Below are positions 9,883 to 22,944 of a DNA stretch of 64,000 bases, piece after piece. A program made the translations under genes and the position numbers. Where the stretch lies: the NCBI GenBank assembly GCA_937906495.1, contig CALCVT010000140.1, positions 7,664 to 71,663 on the forward strand, in the 5' to 3' direction. The notes beneath the pieces were generated by a model. It did no database searches and was not told the DNA's origin. It saw only the letters and a list, made by a program, of their open reading frames with translations. Source of the DNA: an uncultured Prevotella sp. (GTDB lineage: Bacteria; Bacteroidota; Bacteroidia; Bacteroidales; Bacteroidaceae). The stretch's first letter is position 1. Every line of letters begins with the position of its first letter.

Positions 9883-11757
9883 ATGTTTGAATCTTCCTTC
9901 ATAAAAAGACTCACGGGCCGTGCCGCTGGAATCATGCTTGTGCTGGCTGCATCAACCAGCCTCAGCTCTTGCTATGACTCCATGCTCGATTACGAAGGCA
10001 ATGCCAGCGACATCCAAACCGATGGCAACTCTTCCAGTTCGGGAACCCTGGCCTCGGTTGACCAGGCTGTTGGCTTTCTTCGCGAAGCACAGATGCTCGT
10101 AATCGATGCCCGCGAACATAAATACCAATACCAACGTTCGTTTATCAGCGACGACGTGGCCGGCTATATGTCAGCTCCTCACAACTTTGACGGCCGACTT
10201 GTATCAACCTTAGCCTTCTACTCAGGTTTTGCCTCTGGTCCTGAAGCCAACCTTCGATGGGTGGCACAACAAGTTATCCCCGTAATCCGCTCGTGCGATA
10301 CACTCCAAATTGCTCCACTTTCGGCTTTAGGATCCATCCTCTTCAGCGACGAATGTCTGCAATACACCAACGCACACGGCCCCATGGCCATTAAAGACTA
10401 CAAGGCACTCAAGGAAAAACACCCGCTGACCTACCAAAAGCAAAGCGAAGTTTACTCCATACTCTTTGACGACCTTGTACGCGCCGACTCCCTGCTTGCC
10501 GAATATCAAAAAGCCCCCAATGAGGCTATCGATGCGGCCATTGTCAGCACAGACCGCATCACTCAGCAAAAGGGCGCCGAGGCTATCGTTAAGTATTGGC
10601 GTAAATATGCCAACTCGCTTATCTTGCGAATGGCTATGACGGCTGTCGACGTAGAAGGATACACCGTTAAAATCAATAACGAAACCAAAACCGTTAAACA
10701 ACTTGGCGAAGAGGCTGTACAGCGCGGTGTGCTTATGCCCGGCGACAAACCTATCGCCCTGATTTGCGGTTCGGGTACCGACGTCGGCTATCATCCGCTC
10801 TATAAAATTGCTAATAACTGGGTTGACTCACGCCTGAATGCTAACTACCATAACTACCTGGTACGCACGCAACACCCCATTCTCGACTTTTGGTTTGCCA
10901 AAAATCAAGGCGAAATCAAAAATGCGAAAGGCGCAACCATGGGTAAGGAAAAGCAACATCTCAGCGTGCGCTCCGGCATGAAGCTCAACACTGCCGGTAT
11001 GACGGCACAAACTTACCAGTACTACTCCAAGTTCACCCTTAACTTTGCAGGCGAACCGCTCTCACTCTTCAAAGTTGAAGAAACCCAATTCCTTCTGGCC
11101 GAAGCCGCACTCAGAGGATGGGCCGTTGGCGGTAGCGACGAAGACTTTTACAATGCCGGTATCCACGAGTTCTTCAAAAACCATGCTTTCTCTGAACAAC
11201 AGTACGAAGACTATATGAAGTGGAAAGGTATGGGAAATATTGGTACCGATGAAAATCATTATGAAGGAGCCGTATACCGCGATTTCCTCAACAATGAAAA
11301 TGACTTGCCCAAGTACGAGGGATACTACAAACTCAACAATTCGCTCGGCTTGCCTGCCAATGCCGATACCAATCCTTACCTAAACAATTCAAAGGAACAG
11401 CGCCTGCAAAAAATCATTACGCAAAAGTGGATAGCCCTCTTCCCCATGTCGCTCGTAGCATGGACAGACTATCGACGCACCGGATACCCCGTAATGTTAC
11501 CCTACTGCCCCTTTGCCTATAACTACTCGGACGGTTCGCTCGACGAGCCACGCTACAACTGGAAAAACGGCAATATTACCAACGAGGGTGTAACCATCCG
11601 CCGCATTCCCTACGACACCAGCGACAGCGAAGTAGCTAAGGAAATCGAAGAATCGGCAGCTCCTGCACTCGATGCCGAAACAACCGGCCGCAGCCTCGGT
11701 GACAAGCAAGGCACCCGCCTGTGGTGGGACGTATTCCCCAAAAAGAAACTACAATAA
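9883..11757 (+). CDS. susD: SusD/RagB family nutrient-binding outer membrane lipoprotein
   Basis: Lies directly downstream of susC. Has a lipoprotein signal (ASTSLSSC) when started at the Met at 9883. About 624 aa, with a TPR-like helical SusD character (KYWRKYANSLILRMAM, QKWIALFP). Confidence 0.85.
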   Translation: MFESSFIKRLTGRAAGIMLVLAASTSLSSCYDSMLDYEGNASDIQTDGNSSSSGTLASVDQAVGFLREAQMLVIDAREHKYQYQRSFISDDVAGYMSAPHNFDGRLVSTLAFYSGFASGPEANLRWVAQQVIPVIRSCDTLQIAPLSALGSILFSDECLQYTNAHGPMAIKDYKALKEKHPLTYQKQSEVYSILFDDLVRADSLLAEYQKAPNEAIDAAIVSTDRITQQKGAEAIVKYWRKYANSLILRMAMTAVDVEGYTVKINNETKTVKQLGEEAVQRGVLMPGDKPIALICGSGTDVGYHPLYKIANNWVDSRLNANYHNYLVRTQHPILDFWFAKNQGEIKNAKGATMGKEKQHLSVRSGMKLNTAGMTAQTYQYYSKFTLNFAGEPLSLFKVEETQFLLAEAALRGWAVGGSDEDFYNAGIHEFFKNHAFSEQQYEDYMKWKGMGNIGTDENHYEGAVYRDFLNNENDLPKYEGYYKLNNSLGLPANADTNPYLNNSKEQRLQKIITQKWIALFPMSLVAWTDYRRTGYPVMLPYCPFAYNYSDGSLDEPRYNWKNGNITNEGVTIRRIPYDTSDSEVAKEIEESAAPALDAETTGRSLGDKQGTRLWWDVFPKKKLQ

Positions 11758-11773
11758 TTTTATAATCTTATCT

Positions 11774-14700
11774 ATGAAACGCTTCTTATTCTCAACCGCC
11801 CTATTGGCTACCGGAACAGCCTGTTGGGCGCAGAGCGTACCGACACACGAAATGTACGTGGACTTCGGCGAAACTAAGTCGGAGAACATTGTTGCTATGC
11901 TCGACAAGTGGCAACCGGGACAAAACTTCAGTTCGGATGCCGACTACAAGGACGAAAACTTCTTTATCGCCCGTGTACCTCTAAAACAACGCTTCTTTAA
12001 CGAAGCTACCCAGGCCAATAAAGACCTTAACGACGAAAACAACAAGAACCTCTGCTGGTGTGTGCCTATCGGCGAAATGACCAAAAAGTGGGGTCCTCTG
12101 CCCCGTTGGAACTTCGACGGCGATAACTTTAACATGTGGCAGTATATCAATATTCACGCCAACTGGTCGAATAGCTGGTGGCGTGTACCCGGCTCGTTCA
12201 ACGATGCTGCCCATAAGAATGGTGTGCGCACAGGCTGCCTTTACTTTATTGACTGGGCATCGTCTGTTACCGAACAAAGCAACGCCGGCCGCATGCTCGG
12301 ACAACTCTGTGCCAAAGACAGCAATGGTAAATTCAAATACGCCAAAAAACTCATCCAGTTCCTCCGCTACTATGGTATCGATGGTATCGGCTTGAACCCC
12401 GAAGGCTCATGGTCATCTACGCTCAACGAAAACTTCTCGTCGTTCCTTGCTGAGTGCCATAAAGAGGCTAAAGCCCTTAACTTCCCCTTCCACGTAGAAT
12501 GGTATGCATTCGTGTCTAACTATGGTGCACTCTCCGATAATGGTTGCCAACTGACCATTGGAGGCAACGATAAGTGGTTCCAAAAGAATGGCGAGGCTGT
12601 TACCGATGTATTCTTCCTCAACTACAACTGGAGCGATTACGGTCTTGCCGCATCTGCTGACGCAGCCAAACAACTCGGACGCAGCACCTTCGACGTGTAT
12701 GCAGGCTTCGACCAACAGGGACGCGGTTATGGCGGTACTGGTAACGCTGGCTGGAATGCCTTGATGAAACACCCCGTGAGCATCGTAGTATGGGGCGGAC
12801 ACGACCGTAGCCAACTCTATGCAAGCTCAACCGAGGGCGGTAACTCAGACCTCAGCGTACAGCAGGAATATCAAAAGAAGCAAGAACTGCTCTTCACCGG
12901 TGGTAACCGCAACGTACTGAACCTTCCGCCGCTCAATACAAAATACAACGTTACTCCGACCTACAACGATCTGAAAGACTGGCATGGCTATGCCAAAGCC
13001 GTTCGCGAACAATCTACACTCAGCGAACTTCCCTTCGTTACACGCTTTGGATTAGGTAACGGCCTGGCACTCAAAAAGGAAGGCGTGACAACCTTTAAAC
13101 ATAAGTGGTATAACTTAGGTATGCAAGATTACCTGCCTACCTGGCGCTGGTGGATTGACAATGGCGATGGCAAAACAGTTCCTGCCGATGCTATTCAAGC
13201 TGATTTCACCTTCGACGATGCCTGGTATGGCGGCTCTTGCCTCAAACTTCATGGTGCAACGGCTAAATCGCACATCCGCCTCTTCAACACGCGCTTCAAG
13301 GTAACAGATGCCAACGATGAGTTCTCTATTACCTATAAACTAAAGAATGGTGCAACTCCCAACCTCAAACTTACTGCATCGAAAATTGGCTCTGAAAACA
13401 ACTTTGCATCAGTAGCAGTTCCTGCCGAGAATGTTGAACGTGATACTTGGACAACGGTCAAGTTCAAAGCTTCTGACTTTGGCCTCAAGAGTGGTGAGAC
13501 CATTGCCTGTTTAGGTCTTGAAGTTGCAGGTACCGAGGCTAACTACGAGTTGCTGCTCGGTGAGTACAGCATCATCCCCGCTAACTTCAGCGAAACTCCT
13601 GTACAACCCGTTATCAAGCACGCCGAAGTAATGAAGCGTGTTTACAACCGCGCAGATATCAAGGTTACCTTTGACCTTCCTTTCAACGGCCAGCGTCCTG
13701 CTGAATACGAAGGCTGCCCCATCTACAACGAAGAAGTTGGTGCGTGGTACTACGAGATTTATGTAAAGCAAGGCGAACAACAACGACTTGTTGCTACCAC
13801 TACTACCTGGGCCTCGTATGTAGTTGATGCTCCGCTCGACAGCAAGGAATCAACAATCCAAATCGGTGTACGTGCCGTAGGCCGCGATGGTAAGACCCTC
13901 TCTGACATCACTTGGAGCAAGGAGTTGGAAAGCCCGCTCACTATCATCGAAACCCTTACACTCGACAAGGACATCATCAAGCCCAATGAAGAATTCACCA
14001 TTGGATTCGAAGATCCCAACCATGCCGTAGCCGACATCAGCATCCTCAACTCACTCACCGAAGAGGTTGTAGCCAGTGTCAAGGACGCACGCTCACTCAC
14101 TACCAGCCTGCCCGAAACCGGTTCTTACGACGTAACCGTAACTAGCGAAGGCAATACCACTACCAGCCGTGCACTCATTTTGGTTACTCCCGAAGCAACC
14201 GGTCGTCTGCCCCAAATCAACGATATTAAAGCAGACAATACTGAATTTGCCATTGACGAGAACAATAAGGTTAACTTTACTGCCGACATTAATAAGGGTA
14301 CCACTTTCAAGCGCGGTAACCGCGATATGGATTGCACCGTTTCGAAGTCACTCTATATGAAGGAGCCCTATCAGTTGACTGTCGACTCTAAGGTAATGAG
14401 CGAGTACAATAACACCTCGTTCGCCCTTTGGTTCAAAGTTGAGAAGTTTGAGCATGCTTCGCTCGGTACGTTGCTCATGACCAAGGTTAACCGCAACTAC
14501 CCCGGCTCTTGGACTGAAAAGGTTTGGGGCGAAATGTGGACTGCTATCCGTCCGGCCCACTACGCAGCCAACAACAACCTTCACTACGATAACGCAGAAA
14601 ACGAACTCTCTGCCTGCGCCGATGCACCTGTTGCCGGTACTTACAATTATGAGCACAACAACGATGTTGATGGTATCAGCCGAGGCTACTCACTCTCACC

Positions 14701-15607
14701 CAACACCTGGTATCACTGCTGCGTTGTAAAAGAAGGCCGTCGCCTTCAGCTCTACCTTAACGGCAAGCGCCTCTTCGATGTACGCACCCGCGGTTGCGGT
14801 CCTAAGGACTGGAAGGGAGCCAACTTCTATGTAGGTGGTTCAATGACCAACCTGGCCAGCTTTACCGGTTGGGTTGATGAGGTTCAGGTATGGAGCAAGG
14901 CTCTTACCGAAACTGAAGTTCGCGAAGCCATGAATGGCTATATCGTAGCCCCCGAAGGTCTTGAAGGCTACTTCACCTTCGAAGAACAGGAAACCGACCA
15001 GGATGGCAACATCTACTTCCCCAACATGGGTAATGCTGCAGCTGCTGTTCCCGGTGCCTACATGACTATTGGCAAAGAGGAGAATGGCTACACAACCGAC
15101 ATCAAGCAGAATCAGTTGACCACGGCTCTCGGTGTTCCTGCCGTTGAGGGTTCACTGCCTATCACCTTCGAATCGTCGAAGTGGATGCTTGAAGGTGCAC
15201 AACTCGACAACTTTACCGATAATAGCGCCAGTGCTACTTACAATAAGGTTGGTACCTTCCCCGTAACGCTCACTATCACCAACTCTTGGGGTTCTACAAC
15301 CAAAACCATCAACGACTACATCGTTGTAAAAGAGTCTACCGGTATTGACAATGCTACCAACAGCGAAGGCTACATGGTTTACCCCCGCCCCTTCGAGGAT
15401 AAAGTTAACCTGCTCTTCGCCGAAGAAGGCAACTTCGAAGTTATGGCTTTCGATGCCCAAGGTAAGCGCGTGGCACAACGCGTATACCAGGCTTTGGCCG
15501 GCGAGGTAAGCGAACTTTCACTCGCAGGCGCTACCCCTGGAACCTACATCATTACCATCCTCAAAGATGGTAAGTGCGTACGTTCCGTTAAGGTTCAAAT
15601 GCGCTGA
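11774..15607 (+). CDS. GH85 endo-beta-N-acetylglucosaminidase with LamG-like, PKD-like and T9SS C-terminal sorting domains
   Basis: Start chosen at MKRFLFSTALLATGTACWAQS. GH85-like motifs are WQYINIHANWS, AAHKNGV and DGIGLNPEG (N-x-E pair). A LamG-like block is WYHCCVVKEGRRLQLYLNGKRLF...WVDEVQVWSKALTETEV. A PKD-like block is GTFPVTLTITNSWGSTT. The last ~80 aa (YPRPFEDKVNLLF...GTYIITILKDGKCVRSVKVQMR) resemble a type A T9SS CTD. Confidence 0.8.
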   Translation: MKRFLFSTALLATGTACWAQSVPTHEMYVDFGETKSENIVAMLDKWQPGQNFSSDADYKDENFFIARVPLKQRFFNEATQANKDLNDENNKNLCWCVPIGEMTKKWGPLPRWNFDGDNFNMWQYINIHANWSNSWWRVPGSFNDAAHKNGVRTGCLYFIDWASSVTEQSNAGRMLGQLCAKDSNGKFKYAKKLIQFLRYYGIDGIGLNPEGSWSSTLNENFSSFLAECHKEAKALNFPFHVEWYAFVSNYGALSDNGCQLTIGGNDKWFQKNGEAVTDVFFLNYNWSDYGLAASADAAKQLGRSTFDVYAGFDQQGRGYGGTGNAGWNALMKHPVSIVVWGGHDRSQLYASSTEGGNSDLSVQQEYQKKQELLFTGGNRNVLNLPPLNTKYNVTPTYNDLKDWHGYAKAVREQSTLSELPFVTRFGLGNGLALKKEGVTTFKHKWYNLGMQDYLPTWRWWIDNGDGKTVPADAIQADFTFDDAWYGGSCLKLHGATAKSHIRLFNTRFKVTDANDEFSITYKLKNGATPNLKLTASKIGSENNFASVAVPAENVERDTWTTVKFKASDFGLKSGETIACLGLEVAGTEANYELLLGEYSIIPANFSETPVQPVIKHAEVMKRVYNRADIKVTFDLPFNGQRPAEYEGCPIYNEEVGAWYYEIYVKQGEQQRLVATTTTWASYVVDAPLDSKESTIQIGVRAVGRDGKTLSDITWSKELESPLTIIETLTLDKDIIKPNEEFTIGFEDPNHAVADISILNSLTEEVVASVKDARSLTTSLPETGSYDVTVTSEGNTTTSRALILVTPEATGRLPQINDIKADNTEFAIDENNKVNFTADINKGTTFKRGNRDMDCTVSKSLYMKEPYQLTVDSKVMSEYNNTSFALWFKVEKFEHASLGTLLMTKVNRNYPGSWTEKVWGEMWTAIRPAHYAANNNLHYDNAENELSACADAPVAGTYNYEHNNDVDGISRGYSLSPNTWYHCCVVKEGRRLQLYLNGKRLFDVRTRGCGPKDWKGANFYVGGSMTNLASFTGWVDEVQVWSKALTETEVREAMNGYIVAPEGLEGYFTFEEQETDQDGNIYFPNMGNAAAAVPGAYMTIGKEENGYTTDIKQNQLTTALGVPAVEGSLPITFESSKWMLEGAQLDNFTDNSASATYNKVGTFPVTLTITNSWGSTTKTINDYIVVKESTGIDNATNSEGYMVYPRPFEDKVNLLFAEEGNFEVMAFDAQGKRVAQRVYQALAGEVSELSLAGATPGTYIITILKDGKCVRSVKVQMR

Positions 15608-15626
15608 TACCCCTAATTCATTTAGC

Positions 15627-15660
15627 GTCCCCCTCTCCTTACATCATGGAGAGGGGCGAC
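15627..15660 (+). other. Intra-operon stem-loop between the GH85 gene and the downstream lipoprotein gene
   Basis: CCCCTCTCC / GGAGAGGGG 9-bp GC-rich stem with flanking extension. No T-tract follows, so it is more likely an RNA processing or stability element than a terminator. Confidence 0.35.
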
Positions 15661-15773
15661 TGCTAAAACTACTACGAACTTAAACCCAATCAGTCTTCAT
15701 GGCTATTCTACCTATCCTATCCAGGTTAAAGCAAAACCTCGGACAGACAATCCCCAACATTTCACAAAGAGCC

Positions 15774-16826
15774 ATGCACACCTGTGCTACCGGACTCTCT
15801 GGTCTTTGCCTATTGCTTGCAGCAGGTTTGACGAGTTGTTCTGACGAAGGCGACCTCATCACACCCACTTACCAAGACGGTGCCCAGTTTATCGCCTATA
15901 ATTCGGCAGACAACTACAAAGGCTCGCACAACGTACTTCTGGAACGCTCTTCGGCTCTCGAATTCTGCAAAGTTGAAGGTGTTCAGCCTACCGACGAGTT
16001 TGCTGTACGAAACAACGAAACCAACGAGTACACTTATCTTGACTGGGGATACAAATATGCAGGTCTGCAAGGTGACGAAGACGGTTACTACCAGCGTGTA
16101 TACTATAACGACACCATCCTGGTAGGACTCGGATATGCCGACAACTGGCAGGTCAGCGACTACGACCTGCTCCTGCTCCGCGGCAACCAGGCACAACTCA
16201 TCGATAAATTCCATTTTTGCATCCTTACCGATGTCGAAACTGATTTATCAAAACTGCAAGGTGGTGTAATCAACATCAAAGCCAAAGGATGGGACAATCC
16301 GGGAACGGGTATTCCTATCGACTCTTTGGAATACGTTGAAAAAGTAACTGGAAAAACAGTCTTTAAAAAGGCATCTGACTGCAAAGGAAACGGAAGCGAA
16401 TTCGAAATGTCAACCTTCGAACGCGAAAACTTTGAAACCGGTGATTACGAACTTTGGATTGCACGATGGAACGATGGACTGCGCCAAAAAATTTGCGAGT
16501 TCAACTACTTCAACTTTGCATTTGTCGATTCCGACCCTATGAGCAAGAATGCCGAAGGTCAGTACCAACTTAAGTTCTACGTCAAGGAGTTTAGCGAAAA
16601 GGATAACTTTACCATCACTACGCAGTCACCGTACACCAACTACTACGTTGACCAACGCATCCCCTTCGATGAAAGTTGCTACGATCCTACAACCAAAATC
16701 TACACCTACACGCTTCTTGACGAATGCTGGCGCCGCGACCCAGAGCCCGGCATCAAGTTTATCGCCAACTTGAACATTAATGGTGTACGAACCAATGTTA
16801 CGGGTACTGCCAGCCTCCCTAAATAA
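15774..16826 (+). CDS. Hypothetical surface lipoprotein (no family recognised)
   Basis: Start chosen at MHTCATGLSGLCLLLAAGLTSC, which carries a lipobox LTSC. The acidic CSDEGD stretch after the Cys resembles the Bacteroidetes lipoprotein surface-export signal. It is the last gene of the susCD-GH85 operon. Confidence 0.6.
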   Translation: MHTCATGLSGLCLLLAAGLTSCSDEGDLITPTYQDGAQFIAYNSADNYKGSHNVLLERSSALEFCKVEGVQPTDEFAVRNNETNEYTYLDWGYKYAGLQGDEDGYYQRVYYNDTILVGLGYADNWQVSDYDLLLLRGNQAQLIDKFHFCILTDVETDLSKLQGGVINIKAKGWDNPGTGIPIDSLEYVEKVTGKTVFKKASDCKGNGSEFEMSTFERENFETGDYELWIARWNDGLRQKICEFNYFNFAFVDSDPMSKNAEGQYQLKFYVKEFSEKDNFTITTQSPYTNYYVDQRIPFDESCYDPTTKIYTYTLLDECWRRDPEPGIKFIANLNINGVRTNVTGTASLPK

Positions 16827-16856
16827 GGCTGACTACCCAATAACCTATTAACTATA

Positions 16857-16936
16857 AAAGTCCGAAAACTGATATTCCAAGGGCAGCACCTTTTACAAGC
16901 TATCTCCCATGGTTCTTCAGTTTCCGGACTTTTTTT
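16857..16936 (+). terminator. Putative terminator of the susC-like operon (long-loop hairpin plus T7)
   Basis: AAAGTCCGAAAACTGA pairs with TCAGTTTCCGGACTTT (one mismatch, 44-nt loop) and is followed by TTTTTTTATT. Confidence 0.4.
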
Positions 16937-17255
16937 ATTGCTATCGGTCTACATGCAACATGGTTACCGGCAAAGCCTCACATCCACTTTTAGGATGGCA
17001 AAATCACCAGGCATCACTCCCACCACTTTCAAATTCCTCCCGCTGCATCTCTGCACACGTACTTAAGCAATCTGCAGACAATACACGCATTGCAACTCCC
17101 TTCAATCCTTACCTACTCAGCCAACAAGGGCCGACCCTCATTTATAAGAGAGTCGGCCCTTGACATAAGAAATAAAGGCAGAGCACACATTATATGATCC
17201 TGCAACTATCAGGTAGCAGCAGACCGCCATGTGCACCGTTTAATTCACTCACAAG

Positions 17256-21407
<4,152 letters not shown>

Positions 21408-21488
21408 TCAAATGGTTTCGTGGAGCTATTTGTCACAATAGATTGTTAAGAAGTTTGGTTATGATACAAAACTGGGGTACACTGCGGC

Positions 21489-22115
21489 TCAGCGCATGCA
21501 GCGCTTAAGCACCAACCGGCTTTCAGGACCCATATTGAACAGTAAATCGGCCATACTCAAGTTGGGTAAAAAACCAGTGCGCTCGGCAAACACCTGCCAA
21601 TAAGGCTGTGCCTCAAAATGAGCATCGCTCCCCACAGGAGCCTTGGGCGAAAGCAACACACGCAAATCGGTATCGGCCGCTTCAGGATGAGCTATATAGG
21701 CTTCAGACTGCGTTACATGTGGTTGCAAGTCGAGCAGGTTGAGCAGAAGTTGCTGCAATTCGGCATTAAAGTCGACCAGGTAATTAAACTTACGCTCGTA
21801 AAGGAGACGGAAATCGTCGGCGTAGTATTCAAAATAAGGGCTGCTCTCGTAGGCTGATGTAAGGGCGTTCCAGTGCAGATGACGCCAATTTCCGTGTTCT
21901 GAAATGCGGATGTCACGCATAGCTTTGCTGCCCGATCCACTACGCTCCACGGGTATAGTCAGAGCCAAAGGGCCATCGGGGGTAGCTATGTAGCAGCGGT
22001 TGCGGTAGGTTTGCTTTACATAATGTTCGAAGCGGTCTTCAACAGCCTTACCGGCTGCATAAAGATGAGCATAGTATTGAACTGGGGCCAGATAGGCCGA
22101 CGATAGTATAAGCAT
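21489..22115 (-). CDS. WbqC family protein
   Basis: 208 aa. The N-terminus MLILSSAYLAPVQYYAHL is typical of WbqC-like proteins, and the gene sits downstream of the lepB pair, matching the Bacteroidales synteny I recall. Confidence 0.7.
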   Translation of the reverse strand: MLILSSAYLAPVQYYAHLYAAGKAVEDRFEHYVKQTYRNRCYIATPDGPLALTIPVERSGSGSKAMRDIRISEHGNWRHLHWNALTSAYESSPYFEYYADDFRLLYERKFNYLVDFNAELQQLLLNLLDLQPHVTQSEAYIAHPEAADTDLRVLLSPKAPVGSDAHFEAQPYWQVFAERTGFLPNLSMADLLFNMGPESRLVLKRCMR

Positions 22116-22294
22116 AAATCAATGTGGTTTTACTGTAACTGTGGCTGGTATTGGCTATCGGAACTTCGGCTAAACCGAACCCTTATGCAGCACATTTTAT
22201 ACCGGGTATATATACCTTTACACACGCTTGTTGGCTGCAACAGCCTTACCAAACAGTTGCAGCCAACAAGTGCAAAGTGCCTATCAGGCCACAT

Positions 22295-22939
22295 TCAGCC
22301 TTTTTTACGGGCTATGGGCATAATTTTGCCAATAAGCAGTTCGTGGGGCACCAATGCATAGGCATCGGGCCGCATTTCTATCCAATAATAATTCCGGCTG
22401 AGTTTAACCTTTTGCTGCGGCTTTCCGTTGAGCATGAGTTGGCTGTTACCCTGTACAGCCACATGGCACTGCTCATAACGCTGCATTACATGAGCCAGCA
22501 AGTGTACGTTGGCCGGCGTAACCGTCACACTGCCGGATGGTCCAGGTATAACAAGGGGTTGTGCATCGGGCGAGGTGCGCGCGGGCAACACCAGTTTGCG
22601 CATGGGGTCAAGCCACACGGTATCGCCGGGCAATGCGCGGCATACGCCCACCGTTGGCACACCGGCAAAGATATAGCCGGCTGAACGCGGCAAATTAAAA
22701 AGAATGCAGTCGCCCACTTGCGGCATGCTGTTCCCCCAACGGTGATAGCCCCAAAGTTGGGTGCCTGGCAAACGCAAGCCATAGCTCAAGCGATTGACAA
22801 AGACGTGCTGACGGGGTATAAAGCCAGGCAATGCGGCGTCTGAAGGCAAACGCATGTGGGTTACGAGCAAGCCCCGTACGGCCAACAGTAACAATACAGT
22901 CAGCAGTACAGAGCTTACGTATTTGCGAAATAGGCTCAT
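22295..22939 (-). CDS. S26 signal-peptidase-like paralog lacking the Ser/Lys catalytic dyad
   Basis: 214 aa with an N-terminal TM helix. It aligns without gaps to the neighbouring LepB over LPSDAALPGFIPRQHVFVNRLSYG versus IPSSSLEKTLLTGDYLLVSKLSYG, and over GVCRALPGD versus KRCVGLPGQ. The catalytic Ser position is Ala35 and the Lys position is Gly98. The GDNRxNSxDSR box is deleted. Confidence 0.7.
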   Translation of the reverse strand: MSLFRKYVSSVLLTVLLLLAVRGLLVTHMRLPSDAALPGFIPRQHVFVNRLSYGLRLPGTQLWGYHRWGNSMPQVGDCILFNLPRSAGYIFAGVPTVGVCRALPGDTVWLDPMRKLVLPARTSPDAQPLVIPGPSGSVTVTPANVHLLAHVMQRYEQCHVAVQGNSQLMLNGKPQQKVKLSRNYYWIEMRPDAYALVPHELLIGKIMPIARKKG

Positions 22940-22944
22940 AGCGG

